From Monocercomonoides exilis PA203 (lineage: Eukaryota > Protista > Preaxostyla), in NCBI GenBank assembly GCA_001643675.2, contig LSRY02000030.1:930001-994000 (forward strand): a stretch of DNA of 64,000 bases, in the 5' to 3' direction. Positions within the stretch are counted from its first letter, which is position 1. Every line of letters starts with the position of its first letter. This document shows positions 12,901 through 23,124 of this stretch, one piece after another. The translations under genes were made by a program, and so were the position numbers. Under the pieces are notes generated by a model that was not told where the DNA came from, ran no database searches, and saw only the letters and a list, made by a program, of their open reading frames with translations.

Positions 12901-13089
12901 GATGCATCGAAACGGCCAACTCTTGTGAACATAAAGCGGCAGTTCATTTCACGCTTTCCAGGAGGCGGACCAACAATGACGATGAGCGATGCAATCGAGA
13001 TTGAAGACAGCTCGGATGAGGAGGAAGCAGAAGAATGCAGCACAAGGAAGAAGGACAAAAGCAGAGGATCAGAGTTGCTGAAGATGTGA
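3937..13089 (+). CDS. 3050-aa intronless single-pass surface receptor-like protein: signal peptide, Cys-rich beta-helix-like repeats, TM helix, degenerate TKL kinase C-lobe
   Basis: Long ORF with a hydrophobic N-terminus; repeated NGGAI/GGG(M/L/I) and F-x-x-C motifs; recurring CG-x(4-5)-PC modules; TM segment AIIAIIFVILFLIVLIVSVIVTI followed by RWRK; tail with RWKAPE, FSIGMMLWECLTLEIPF, GERP, C...RP. Confidence 0.85.
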   Translation: MLSGVGMPVFSVFFLCVNLVATTGDSSWIGEKIEKEEMIKVDRNMLQINKYPSNDELNNNIEDGGRLMENKKRSEIEGRDFIKDDEKSKEEYGREIGILKKADICQFSEIEGCLECFNSSVMEMGLVVREKGTKRILIAKKGSIISMKKCILFVEKHSSPIELDGSFGSFVNISIQPNVEGLNEFPPLFTSGQFDNDISKSSIISLGESHFSSFCVSSTPFLSSPFIPFVSLSQLTFFNISSAPDSCSSPTTTSTQTTCMMSSCLFSSVCDAYDGGIVPSLNNPLASLTVSNTSFVGCYRTRNVNVNGTEGNLSKQERIKILDNGVNSFVWCEWNGSKTTGSTGDYADDASNGGAIQMFNRGNGILSVSHCSFNNCYAFYAGGGIMCHGINSVEFVNNTFDSCHAQNRYGGGAFVYTISTCVQISGCNFRNCKANYDGGGLFLESFQIWGSNCIDADSGRGESACVFDCSFSLCSLSGSYGGGMWVYKFPSQFKIRSIQFLSCFVSSYGGGMSFRPEKQDDGIYCYFLFFHECKCSPNTPYGHDIDFVDFNNLYLSSINPFFECYTTNTDDKRVCYTFNSSGSWAYEQTSKKDWLKDKTTYVSVNGNDASELCGVNELNPCLTVKKAFEMCEVQISLSVTLMEGNHTSEVTTIEIGEKKISVIGIGIEKSSIGTGALSSTGALFSATTGQLGLLHMKVDCNSNASPSPSVVFVSDGSGSLSLEDVVITTSNIGEYMISSSVFVVPLLQLSMVGVEIKNMNVSKSLFTEPALSSSSSSSSALFLTATSSGENMIANLTVTNVKLIEGDGVVVAKSVAEGETFVVQNVTVEDCECKNGSGGGVKVELETDTSKLQVETSTAIKRCTSGKYGGGMMLYLADNSIDFSIVSVDFSGCSASLGGNYVFVNGSNSASWGITTEKLNIQHDDSKYDELVGYDRSDTTMGLFPLNVYLDRYPDAAHVGKGKDGLGGYDSWFCGFDYYPCATITHAARVRYADTNKKIELDSGFELAEAVGMTDGHEWEISCATKGMEVGVKAQENFESSCLIEVQSKCSMRNIKFCIPSALSGASSSSLISSNSTLLTLTDCSVVCSSENSIGYCFVNVIGGKVKVEGLVIRETLRFGEHSVIEFGEGVESVVFCGCEVNNIEKRSGDGGWVSGVVGAERDEGKNGIIVIESCVVKGCRCVGGRGGGMSVVVKGEGSVVVNGSCVIDGCEAKGTGESSDERSEGRGGGMMIVMESRDGSMKMESGREGLFVFGENNKAQYGKDVFVECGGGVLLESKVNGSSFSFFDSSVIPTDVLKLCGSEDGREGEVIPLFVYLCSIGTKLRVDGRGERALDQSHCGFEEFGCLTIDYCVSQRAGSNVNEIEVISESWIKNEIKVVSFEVRVSGKEEEMKVLVRDEGSINQNNLIECTKLFEMRYLAFVLNEEMNGKRSAFIHSSSSTITMISCSVTFGNDEMIGYNVICIEGGGLVVNGFVMEGGVRMSVKSLIVVSNGDELEMNHSRMSEVEVVGGIGGGGGCLNVEMGVNGVVNIEGCNLSSVCSGGSGMKGGGMKISIGKGGSLEMKGVKLSGCEVPSEDGEDGGRGMGGGMFVELPNQMGTFVMEGMEFEGCNAWKGKNVFVSGWDLSEIVNEKHLKWEMNSEELKSLDELCGWERKSTGEEGYVIPLVVYLWRNWSGDGFVSREKGGDFSGCGYSEAPCSSIDHLVSLRYPTLGEGETHIAIVGSGLLSHSISFSSSSSSSSSISELPKVVIEGTKKGTGVTISDEDENDLSDGSMISSNVSLSFVNVSFTKPAITTNHEVLIESSGANTLLSVSDCSFGPGRGVAESFGYCVMRVNGGSVLIERCSLSLISELKGLIAFSPSAVEVTLQNVNISFAGAKERSLISMMEEENQMNGEKKAFSNGNRPVLRVVGCSFANITNEGIGASVVDVGSFENGVECVIDECSMSSCKSGLSDEGGGMRVVLKSGESVLKVNGSSFSMCKCSGETGCGGGLFIDGSDPHANYGNESPIPPLNFKIVNILFVMNEAHVGKDIFVRCHSIAHQINETLFALNYNQESLNSNNSICGRDVWSEKDIDLIPLITCYYSAQVFVSGRGSDGRGCGAQSNPCVSIDCGVGHIEEGVMNGILIDVEGFVRKECVIGDLVVNSLKKTQGIVRLNCKIEKSGEKDCVMEFVNECSVERCSFQFEDGFESTHNCLMKVKNGSMEIQKCEFFSSSIVVEDMKLNSSIVSVESGELKIFDSTFRDIHTTRSVLSFHEESDVMIDETRLLNIECEGDVVSVGGKAKVEMKEMGVVNVTVLLEGCVIVIDNAEQEVSVLNSSFGKCVNSVDKGRMMQIRNSKNVRVEACVFDGEREDEIVKEENNRKEGLCKWNGSLVDVEKSKVEMRETTIRNSKGGGLWVSGGSVRIENGKFENNNASIEGYPSARRNAICEGNGGLNVVSVKGGDGMLPNTSLWILDEGCELGGIATERGSSFFIPVLEEVKNVSQQNGDAELMIVGKLLLPCDLSVKMSMKNGDEEEIVRKGIEEEEFVSENEIHTFISSSEWEKVRDETEVSVWIVFGKGDSPSATESFIVKNRSESVGKGEERIVEGGKEGKSSWSAIIAIIFVILFLIVLIVSVIVTIRWRKAKNENKDLREIVNDTVRKDPKAFEMVTMEMSPEEQWRRAEKEAEKKNDERIKKRMYETNMQHSVSSEHLLSESGSTEFILGKDSDKIPQWMLEKVDEKEEEETRKRTPSPSISSTSTTDSSDSDSSFVRSESLCPTTSSMSNLVDAMACSSPHEKLIVDLRDSLFMLLHGSNKTKEMAIGTLQEREQTAAQILFWVANLALHSFDEMENGLSSLSTLSPHIVLFSEHMVICIVIHSDLLSSDDSDSSSISSSTVVTSASDDDDDEDSLPSSAFEDESLFKKECLRWKAPELQMNKKMGATKESVAFSIGMMLWECLTLEIPFGEYEGEVAGQKIVNGERPSANEGRGSPLMNYAEMCLSGDASKRPTLVNIKRQFISRFPGGGPTMTMSDAIEIEDSSDEEEAEECSTRKKDKSRGSELLKM

Positions 13090-13628
13090 CGTGCTCAGAA
13101 TAGACATGAGGATGGTAAATTCACAAAGGTGGAAACGAAGTGATCTTACAGGGGAGCAAATTCAGTGGTGCTTGGAGTGTGAAAGCGATGATGAAGAAGA
13201 GCAGAAGAGACCAGATGAATGATGAATGGATTGGATTAAAAGCCTGAAACTCTTTTCTTTCTTTTCTTTTCATTCTTTTCATTTCTTTTTATTATTGTTT
13301 TTCTTCTCCTCTCTTATTGCTTTTTTGAGTGAAAGTGTTTCAATATACCATTGTGTTCAAACATTTCTCTGGAAGAAGATCCGATGCAACAACAAGGCAA
13401 TGGATATGTAGCAATGGATGAGTCGTCTTCATTAGTGATGTTGCTGTCACACTTTTGTTTTTGGTTGTTTTTATGTGAAGGGTAATGTTTTTATTGGTAT
13501 CAATATTTAATATATTTGTTCATATTTATATTTTTCTGGTTATTTTCTATGATTACGCATTTTATAATTACAAATAAATATTGAATTATTTGTATATTTA
13601 ATGAAGCGTTGTCACTGGAAGGATTTTT

Positions 13629-13742
13629 TATATGGGGGAAAATACGGTCTTTCAAGCTTTTTACATACAAAGCACGAAAAACTGCTTCTCTCATAGCTTT
13701 ATTTCACTTTCTCAGATTTCTAAAAAAAAATGATTTTCATAT
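13629..13742 (-). mobile_element. Partial MITE, family B
   Basis: Reverse complement matches the 3' part of 57892-58161 and 49573-49840 (gaaatctgagaaag.gaaataaag.tatgag...aaaaagcttgaaag...tattttccccca). Confidence 0.7.
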
Positions 13743-13950
13743 GTCTATATTTTTTTTGTAGGTTCCTTTTTATTTTTATTTTCAAATAAAATGAAAATTC
13801 ATATTTCGATCACATTTCTGTTCCCACTCACCAAATTTCACTGTCATGAAAATAATGACGCTGACAAGTTTTTTCTTTCATGACAGCAAAATTTGGTAAG
13901 TTGAAACAGAAATTTGATTGAAATATATTTTTTTTTTTTTTTTTTTTTTT

Positions 13951-14608
13951 GGCATTAGTCGATTAGATCGACACCCAAAAATATACAAAATTTTGGATTT
14001 CTTTTTGATAACAATAACAAACTTATAATAATAAATGTGTTTTGTAGCATTTGAGTTTTGAAATTGGGGTTTGAAGTGGGAAAAGGAGCAATTAATTAAA
14101 ATCACTTAGGGTTTGGCTTCGTTATCTTATTCGTCAAATTTTCTTTTTTAAAAGTATTAGTAAACGATATTTCGTATGTTTAATCAAAAAATAAATCAAC
14201 CATGCCTTCAGATTCTTTTTATTTTTGATTTCTTAATTCGATCAGCTCTCCCCTTATAATATTTTCTCAATTAATGAAAACAGCCAATGCTGTTCCCTTC
14301 TCTCATTCAGTATTTTACAAGTCTATTTCTGATACTGTTATCATATTCATCATGTTTCTTCAATGTGAAAATTGTAAATTGGGTTGAGAATTTATTTTAT
14401 AAACAAATCAGAATCAAACTTGATTATTGAAATGATTATAATTCCCTTTTTAATGTATAACTCCTCGTTTTTCGGGGAAAAAAAAACAAGAAAATTGAAT
14501 TTTGTTAAAAGTTTGTCAATAAACTTCTATTTGCAAAATAAGCAGATTTTTCCAAATATTAAGTTGACTTAACGATTTTTTAGGGTGTCGATCTAATCGA
14601 CTATTACC
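13951..14608. mobile_element. ~660-bp non-autonomous DNA transposon with ~30-bp TIRs, inserted in a poly-T run
   Basis: Left end GGCATTAGTCGATTAGATCGACACCCAAAAA; reverse complement of the right end GGTAATAGTCGATTAGATCGACACCCTAAAA; T runs on both flanks. Confidence 0.8.
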
Positions 14609-14661
14609 TTTTTTTTTTTGAAAATTAAACAAAAGGAACTTTTCTAATAAATTTAGACATA

Positions 14662-14700
14662 TGGGTAATTCTTTTTGGGATCATACTTTTTCTGTCAAAA
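14662..14700. repeat. Solo left TIR of MITE family A
   Basis: TA|TGGGTAATTCTTTTTGGGATCATACTTTTT is nearly the reverse complement of the TIR ending at 31777; no clear partner about 260 bp away. Confidence 0.6.
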
Positions 14701-15171
14701 TTTTCGGTCTGATTTTTTTCGGTTCGAAAGTTATCAACATGTGAAGAATATGAACGGAAAACATATTAAAATCAATAAAGATAAAATCTCTCGTGAAACT
14801 CTTCGAAATCGTTTATTTTTAACTTGAATGGTCGCATTTTATCATAATTTTGAAACATTGACATTGTTTTTTTTCATTCAGTTTCTATTATTCTTGAATA
14901 ACAAATGTTATCATGATAATATTTAAAAACATGTCACAAACTTCATTTGGTCGACAATTTTTCAGATTTAAAAAGTTATGTTTTTTGATCTCATAAGAAT
15001 TACAATTGCTGATTTTTGGTGAATTAGAGTTTTTTCTTTTTGATCCATCTTGAAAATAGATGTTAATAAAATTTACAATGAATGTTTCAATTCTTTTTCG
15101 AGAAAACTAAATATTAAGATACGTATATAAAATTTTATTCAATCAGAAATTTTCAAATCTCAGAATTGATA

Positions 15172-15430
15172 TGGGTGATTCTTTTTGAAATCATAACTTT
15201 TTTCGGTGTGCTGTTTTTTTCAAAGATTGCTTGTCACTGGGTAAAGATTTTTCATTTAAGTGCTTAATACATCAGAACTGTTTCAAAAACAAATGTTAAA
15301 GCTGAATTGAAAACGATGGACTTATGAGAATGCATATTCTCTTTTCTATGTTCATTTGTTAATATTCAAGGGAGTTTTTTCGAACCGAAAATTTTGAATG
15401 GAAAAATATGACATCAAAAATAATCACCCA
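15172..15430. mobile_element. MITE family A (259 bp, TA-flanked)
   Basis: TA|TGGGTGATTCTTTTTGAAATCATA ... TATGACATCAAAAATAATCACCCA|TA; interior resembles the reverse complement of 46906-47163. Confidence 0.8.
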
Positions 15431-15811
15431 TATCAACGTTTTGTATAAGCTTATTCATCTCACTGAAATTTGAGCAAAAAAAGCATTTTTATAATTGGTT
15501 GTTTGTAATTTGTTTTTTCTTAAAAGTTTAATTTATTTTTAGATTTTTTGAATTCGTTTTTTTTGTTGCAATATTCTCAAAAAATATAACTTCTGCATAC
15601 AACTATTACAACGATAAGTGAATTTTCAGAGGGAAATATTTCATGTTGTCAATAACAATTTTGAACATTTTTAATTAGACGATGAAGAATATTTAGCCGG
15701 AAGGAGTAAGTGAATTGAGCATTTGAAAGAGTTCAAGAATAGTTAAAAAATGAAGTTGAACAAGATGCTGTTATTGAATGGGGTGTTTTTGAAGAAGTCA
15801 TCCAGAAAACA

Positions 15812-18800
15812 TCAAAAAATGTCAAGCACAACTAGCGTGAGCATCAACCCTCTAGAGTCTCCGTCTTCTGCATTCAACCATCTAGACTCGTTCATCAGCG
15901 CTGCCCTACCATCTTTGAAACCTGTTCGAACGAACGGATCGAGTGTGTCGACTTTTTCTTCTTCTCGAACTTTTTGCACTCGGCTGGTGATGTTGTATTC
16001 CACACATATGGCAACATCTTTTTTCCTATGACAAGCTTGCTTCCTCTTTATCACCAGCCACACCTTCTACTTCCACCCTCACACGGCGCATTCCATCTCG
16101 GCTGCAGCACACATTCCGCCCCCGCATCGCCACCAACACCGGATAGTGCACAAACTCCCCATTCTCCGGGAAATAGACTTCTTACGACACCGTCTGCATC
16201 CCACACGCACCCGGAACAACGCTCTGTGTCCTCGTCGCGCTGCCCCTTTGCAGTACAATCGACCGTCCTGGCACCTGCATCAGCACCTGTACCGACCTCT
16301 GCGCTGACGTCGTGTTTGTCAGCACCACATCGCACACACACACGCCCAGCTAGCATCTTCTCCTTCTCCACACACTTCCTCGCCTTCCGCCCTTCCTCAT
16401 TCATCTCCCACTCTTCGCTCACATCACACCCAAACTTCTACACAACCACCTGCTTCATCTCCACTCGTTTCCCCAAGCCACTCAACTACAGCCCTTGTTT
16501 CCTCGCTTGTCTCTCTTATTCTCTTTCTCTTTCCTTTTCTCCTTCTCCTTTTTCTTCTCCTTCTATTCCTTCCTTCACTCCCTCAAATTCCTCCATCTCC
16601 TTCACAAACAGCACTGCGGCTGTGTCATGCTCCTTATAGACACACTCACCCTTCCTCAACTCAACTCGGTCGCCTTCTCCACGCAAACAGGATGCACACA
16701 AACATCTGTCAGCGCAGCTGCAAACGCTGCTGATGCAAACGAATAGGTGCATTCAATCACATTCGCTGACACAAAAGGAACAGACCTCCCACACTCACGC
16801 GTATCCCTGCCCACCTCCTCCCCGACACATCCAAACAGATACCGCGCATTGTCCAGGAAGAAATGGTTCCACTCAACCAGTACAGAATGAGATGACGGCA
16901 CACGATGATATTAATTCTCTCTGTATTCCTTCATGTTCTCCACCTGCAGGAACTTCGCAACTGGCTTTTCCTCTTCTTCTTTCCAGGAACAAAGCTTATC
17001 ATCTCCAAAAGAGTCGCAAGAAACACAAGAAGCAGAAGTGAAGCCATAATGCACATTCTCTGATTCCATCTGCATTCCCATAGGCGTCGCCATCTGAGGA
17101 TTTGATCGAATATCCATAAAGAAAGAGCCACAAAAGTCATTTGCCCGACGAGGCATCGCACCAGCGTTGCTTATCCTCTGCCATGCATTCGACTGCATCT
17201 ATATTCTCGGCCTCGACCCTAATCCTGCACTTGCCACTGCTCCTGCTCTTGCTCCTGCTCCTGCCCTTGCCATACCAACCATCAGCATTGCCATTCTCGC
17301 TCCAGGCATCGCTCCTTTCTCCATCTGCCCCATCTGCCCCATCTGCCCTTGAACATCTGTTGCACCCCCCAACATACGCGGCATCAGCTTCAGCTCGTCG
17401 TTGTTCCGGATGAAGCACCCGCTCATTGTGCGCGTGTCGCTCAGCTGCACATCGTTGAAGACAATCTTCTGCATGTCAGGCAGAATCCCAAATTTCTTCT
17501 GCATAAGCTCCTTCAGTTCCTCCGCCGTAGTCTCCTTCGTCACGCAAACTCGAATAATCTTCCCTTGCATCGTCCTCACCTGCACTACCATCTTCCCCAA
17601 ATCTCCTCCTTCTTTGAATGCTCGTCCCGATGCTCCTTTCACACTGCTCTTTCTTCCTCTTTCTTCTTCTTCTTCTGCCTCAATGAAACCCCCATCATCC
17701 AGTCCCAATGGAAGCACTTTCTCAAACGCCTTCTCCTCTTCTTTCTTGTCTATCAGCTGCGACCTCAGCTGATTTTCCACTTTCTCCACCAACGCCACAC
17801 ACCTCCTCAAACTCCTCTCCAATTCTTCTCCTTCTCTTCTTTCTCCTTCTTTTCCTTCTTCCCTTTTCTTCGCCTTCTGCCCCAGCTCCACCAGCCTCGC
17901 CAGCACAAACACTTGCTCCACTGCATTCAGCTTCACAAACAAAGCTGGCTCTGCATATTCCTCAAACAGCTCCACATCTTCCGTGCCCAGCAGATCGTGG
18001 TCAACCACCGTCTTCTTCTTTTTGCTCGCCAAACTCGGCCGAACCGCTTTCGCAAAGAATTTTGGCGCCTTTTTGAACAGCAGAATATTCGTTTCCTCAC
18101 ACGCAAATTCGCTGTAACGATCACAAAGCTCTCGGAATTTCTTCTTCTTCTCTTCTCCTTCTTCTTTTTCTTCATCTTCATCCTCATCCTCATTATCATC
18201 ATCAACCAACTTGTACAGCTCCTCAAACGCATTACATCACGCATCAAATGCTCTCACTTTTGCCCCGTCTCCCTCATTCTTCTTCACCTTCGCCTTCATC
18301 ACGCACTTCAGCAGATGAAGAATTCCCCCAAAGCAACTGTAGCTTTCATATGTAGATGTCAACAGATCTTTTATCTTCCGCGTCGCAACACATTTCGAAA
18401 GATATGCTTTCTTCAATGATACTCCTCCTGTCTTCTTCCCATTTGAACTGGCACATTTACATTCACATCTTGATTTTATTTTCTCCTCCTTCTCCTTCTT
18501 TTCTTCCTTCTTTTCTTCCTTCTTTTCTTCCTTCTTTTCTTCCTTCTTTTCTTCATCCTTCTCATCGCCTGCATCCCAACATCTGCTTCTCAGCACTTTT
18601 TCTGGCAGAATCAGCGCCGAGTGCATCTTCTGCAAAACATGCTTCTTCGGGTCAAACACATTCATCAGCCGCATTTCCCTCAATCGTCCTTCTCCTTCTT
18701 CTCCTTCTCCTCCTTCTCTTTCCTCCGTTTTCATTCTCCCTCCGCACAGACTCAGATCCACCCCCACCACTTTCGCCACCACATGCTCATCGTCTGTCGC

Positions 18801-20420
18801 CACCACTGTCACAGTGCTCTGCCCCTTCCCTGCAATCACCTCCATCGGGACAACCACACGCCTCCTCTTCCCTTCCCCTGGTGCTTCGTTCAGCACAACT
18901 GTCGTCGTCTCCCCCAAAAAGTCGATGTTCTTCCAGTCTGCCAGGCTCCTCCTCCAGTTCCGCACTCCTCCCATTCCCTCTCCTATCACAACGTTCATCA
19001 TCATCTTCTTCTTCTTCCTCGCCATCATGTCTGCCATCATCTCTCCGCTCGCTGCTCCTCCGCAGATTGCATCCCCTGCACATGCGCTCGTCTCCTTCCT
19101 CCAAGTCTCCTGCGTCACAACCCCGTGCATCAGCACAGAAGGCGCATCCAGGGTGTTCCCCAGCCGCGCTGCTGCCGTCTGTCTTCGCTGGATGTATTCT
19201 TGCTCTGTGCCCAGCCTCTTTTCCGACTTGTAGAAGAACCCCGCCACCTTTGCGGTCTGCACCTCTGCCTGCCTCCCCTCTGCCAGCCCTGTCAGCTGCG
19301 TCTCTGTATCAAACGCCCCCGCAAACACACTCCCAAACATATGCACACGCGTCATTGCTGTGCAGTTGCTCAGAATCACCTCCACTTTCCTTGCTTCCGC
19401 TCCTTCTCTCATCTGCCTAACTCCCACAATCACAACTGCTGCATCACCTCCTCGTCGCCCGATCCTCCGCACACCACATAGAAGCGATGTGTTGTCCTGC
19501 CTCATCCCACAATCGCTTTCTTCTTCTTCTTCTTTCCATTTATCGCTCATGTTTTCCCCCTTCATTCCATCTTTCTTGTTGCTTTCAGCCATCTTCCGTG
19601 GCTCATTCAGCGAAATAGACGTCCGCAGCCCCGTCGCCCACTCTAACAGCTCATATTCCCCACAAGTTAAATCAGCCTACAGAATCGCCTTCTCTTCCTT
19701 CATCACCATCTTCTCGCTCACATCACGCAGCGGGACAATCCGCTCTATCCCGATCATTTGCGTCAGCGAAACCAGTCTCTTCTCAATCCTCTTCTTCTCA
19801 TTCTTCGCTCTCTCCTTTTCTTCCTCTTCAATCTTTTCATCTTCACTCCTTTCCTCTTCTCCTTCATCCCATCCCTTTGCCTTCCAGCTTTTCCACCACA
19901 TGCCTCGACTGCAGCGATTGCAACACCAGCCGCGCTATCACCGACGGCAGCAGCGACGGTTCAAATTGATCGCAGATCGATGTGAGCGCATTCACATCTG
20001 CCGCTGCAACGATCCGCTTTCTCCCCGACTTCGTGCTCACAAATGCTGCAAGCGATGGAGCCTGACCAACAAACGGAACAGAAAGCATCACATCGTATGC
20101 ACACGTAACACCTCCATTCAGCACTCCCCGCCAAGCCACAACATATTCCTTGAAGCGTCTGTTGCTCCCTTAATTACGAATTCCTTTGATTTGCATGCGC
20201 CCCAGCTTCTTCTGACACAGCAATCCGCATCCGTCTATCGATATCGTCCATCGCTGCTACAGACGTGTATGACGCCACCGCAGACGCATACGAAGAGTTA
20301 ATTGCAGGCGAAGATGAAGACGATAATTACTTGTCATCTCCTTCCGCTTTCTTCTCTTCGCTGCTCTGCCTCCTGAATGGAGAAGAAGATCTACGTTCTA
20401 CTTCAGTTGAATAAGACTAA
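15812..20420 (-). pseudogene. Large GC-richer pseudogene, tentatively of the AbpF-like family (Dictyostelium actin-binding protein F and uncharacterised bacterial homologues), with an internal ubiquitin-like domain
   Basis: One frame runs 19901 to 16656, broken by TAG (19677), TGA (18237), TAG (17199) and TAA (16911), with frameshifts at both ends. Motifs RVHMFGSVF, EQEYIQRR..LGNTLDAPSVL, IDFL, LASKKKKTVVDHDLL, KLNAVEQ, KEYRENxYH, PFVSAN recall that family from memory only. Outer limits approximate. Confidence 0.55.
17364..17591 (-). other. 76-aa ubiquitin-like domain ending in di-Gly, embedded in the pseudogene
   Basis: MVVQVRTMQGKIIRVCVTKETTAEELKELMQKKFGILPDMQKIVFNDVQLSDTRTMSGCFIRNNDELKLMPRMLGG aligns without gaps to ubiquitin (MQIFVKTLTGK...GIPPDQQRLIF...LEDGRTL...LRGG). 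Confidence 0.85.
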
Positions 20421-23124
20421 GTCAAAAAAAAAAAAAAATAGAATGACAAGAATAATGCTGTGCTGTTTTCCTGAAATAAAAATGTGTAAGAGATGTGAGA
20501 TAATTTTTTAAAAGTTGACCAACAAGCTTCACTTTGATTTCTTCAATTTTCGCATCAGAAAGTTTAAACAGTTGATGAAGTCATTCACCTCAAAATGATG
20601 AAACTTCGTTGTGTTTTCCTTTTTCTTTTTCTTTCTTTTTTTCTTTTTTTGAAATATCATTGCAAATTGGATGATATCGAACTTTGAATAGTTAATATTC
20701 ATAAAATTCCGATTTTATTGATTGCAAAATTAAAGGAGACATAACAGAATGTTTGTATTTTACTAAGTAAACATCAATAAAGTATACAAGTGTATATCAG
20801 ATTTCTTCAGTTCTTTCGAGAAGTGTACAGTATAAACAATCAAATTGACTACTCATGCATATGCCATTTCATTTGTTTTATTGATCGTTCATATTTGTGA
20901 TTTGTGACTTTTGTGAATATCTCTTTTCAATTGTTTATTTGTTATTTTAGTATTTTTTAAAAATGCATCCAAAAGATCATAAATCAACATTGAAGCTTAT
21001 TTTTTTGTGACTATTTTGATATTTAACATGTCCAAAAATTCAATAAGTTTGAAAAGAACAATTAAAAAATCAGTAAACAAGAATAAACCAAATTCTTGCA
21101 ACAAAACTCTAATCACAAATTGAGAGCAATTCCAACTGTAAACACAATGCTTCACAGAACCCTTTGAGGTTGAATAAATAATTTGAAGTTGGTGCAGCCA
21201 TTTTAGAATGATTATTTTGATACAGATAGACTGTTGATTGAAAGTTGAAAGGAAGCTGAAGCTCAGAAATGAATGATAGTCGAATGGAAGATGAAAGAGA
21301 AGCGTGATTGTGGAAGAGTTGTGAAAAAATTATCTGCTGAAGCTCTGCAATTGAGCAATATTGGCTTAGGAAGAAACAAGTTTGTTTGAAGATGAGGAAG
21401 CAATATGATAGGAGATAAAAGTATTTTTTCGATAATTGTGAAAGAAAAATGAATTTTGATGAAGGATAATGTGAGTTGAGTGAAATGGTTGATGAAGAAT
21501 GCTGATAAGAAGAAGAAGATGATGATGATGATGAAGGAGGAAGGAGAAGGAGAAAAAGAAGTGAATGAAGAATTTCGTGCATTCATGTTGCTTGGCGAAG
21601 AGTAATGATAAGGCAATGAGCCAATTGTTGACGATGATGATGAATGAGAATAACTTGTATTTTCGCTTGTTTCATGCGAAAACTACCAAAAATTCGACAG
21701 GAATGAATCCAAAGTTTCATTGATAAAAGCATATGTTTTAAAATGCAAAAAGTCGATGTTTTTATCAGATCAAGAAATTGATGGATTGCGATGTATCCAG
21801 ATCTTCTCGATCATTCTCTTTGGCTTTGCTGTTCACCACTTTCATTTGAACGAACTTTTTTTATGCGTTGCTGTTTCATTTATCGGTTTAATCGCTTCTT
21901 TTTCTTCCTCTTTTTCTCCATTTTTTCTTTATTTTCTTCTGCTATCACATCTTCTTCAACTTTCCCTTAAAAGCATTTCTAAAACATATAAATAGACAGT
22001 ATCAAAACTTTTTCATATTATTCTTGTGAATACTCGACAAAACTTTCAATTCTCACATATTCCGATTTATGTTCAGCAACTTTGGTCGACTTTTCATCTC
22101 GGCATATAACTTCAATTCTTTTATTTTTTTTTTTTTTCTCTTCTTCATCTTTTCCCTCTCTGCTATTATCTCTTTCTCTTCCTTCCTCATTGTTCTTCCC
22201 TTCCTGCTTCAGCTGCACTCGTTGGAGTCATATAATGTCGTTCATCAAGTTTTGATATCTCTTGCTTTTTATCATCTGCATAACTGCTTCTAGGCACGTT
22301 TCTTCCTCAAATATTCATTCTTATCTGTTTGGTGATCTCTCATTCAGCATTGCTCTCACTGAGTGGACAACATGTATTAAAAATTTGTTTGCTCTGTATG
22401 GTTTTTCGAATATTCTCTTTAAAGCCTAAGGAAATTTTTAACTTAAAGGATGTCTGGTTGCAGATGAAGTATAAAGAAGCACTAATTCAAAGGAGAGAAA
22501 ATCATAAATGAGCAAACAAATGAATTTGAATGTGCCTGAAAACTGTGGATTGATAAGAAAACATTGGATGTATTTTCAGCAATTGATTGAGCAAATATAT
22601 TCATGTGATTTATTTGTCGAAAATCGTAATATAAAAGCACATCTTTTTCAAGAGCCAGTATTGTTTTCAATAATTGTTGCTTTTTAAATTGGAATCTCTG
22701 CAATTCACTTTTGCAGAATTGAAATGACACAAAAGGGAATAAAAAGGAGAATATGTGAAAATTTGCATTTCTTTAAATAAAAATCGTTTAAAGCAACCAA
22801 ACCTGGTTTCATTCAAAAGTTGTATCGGTGCAACCTTCCGTTCTGCAGAAACATATTTTTTTCCCCTTTCGTTCAACGAATATTTGTCAGGATAAACTAA
22901 TAATTAAGAAAATTCTCAGTGAAAACGTTTAATAAAATCTAATATTTGAAATTTGAAAAGTGTTCAATATCCATCAATTCAAAAAATACATGTGCTCTTT
23001 ATTCATTTTCCACACATTGATGTTCGTTTTAAAAAGTTAAAATTATTAACAATAAAAGATTTCGCAGATCATCCCATTTGTGGAACTTTGTCATCACAAA
23101 GAATAAACTATTTTTTGTTGAGTC

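Noticed and set aside
4074-13058. Numerous antisense and alternate-frame ORFs over the long genes (also 17349-20301 plus and 38916-43294 minus)
   Set aside because: Low-complexity shadows of biased codon usage with no motifs.
16656-19901. Stop-codon readthrough or selenocysteine in the large minus-strand gene
   Set aside because: All three stop types occur along with frameshifts, which fits ordinary pseudogenisation.
21100-22880. Possible minus-strand gene(s) upstream of the transposase
   Set aside because: Only short stop-ridden fragments; no consistent spliced model or recognisable domain.
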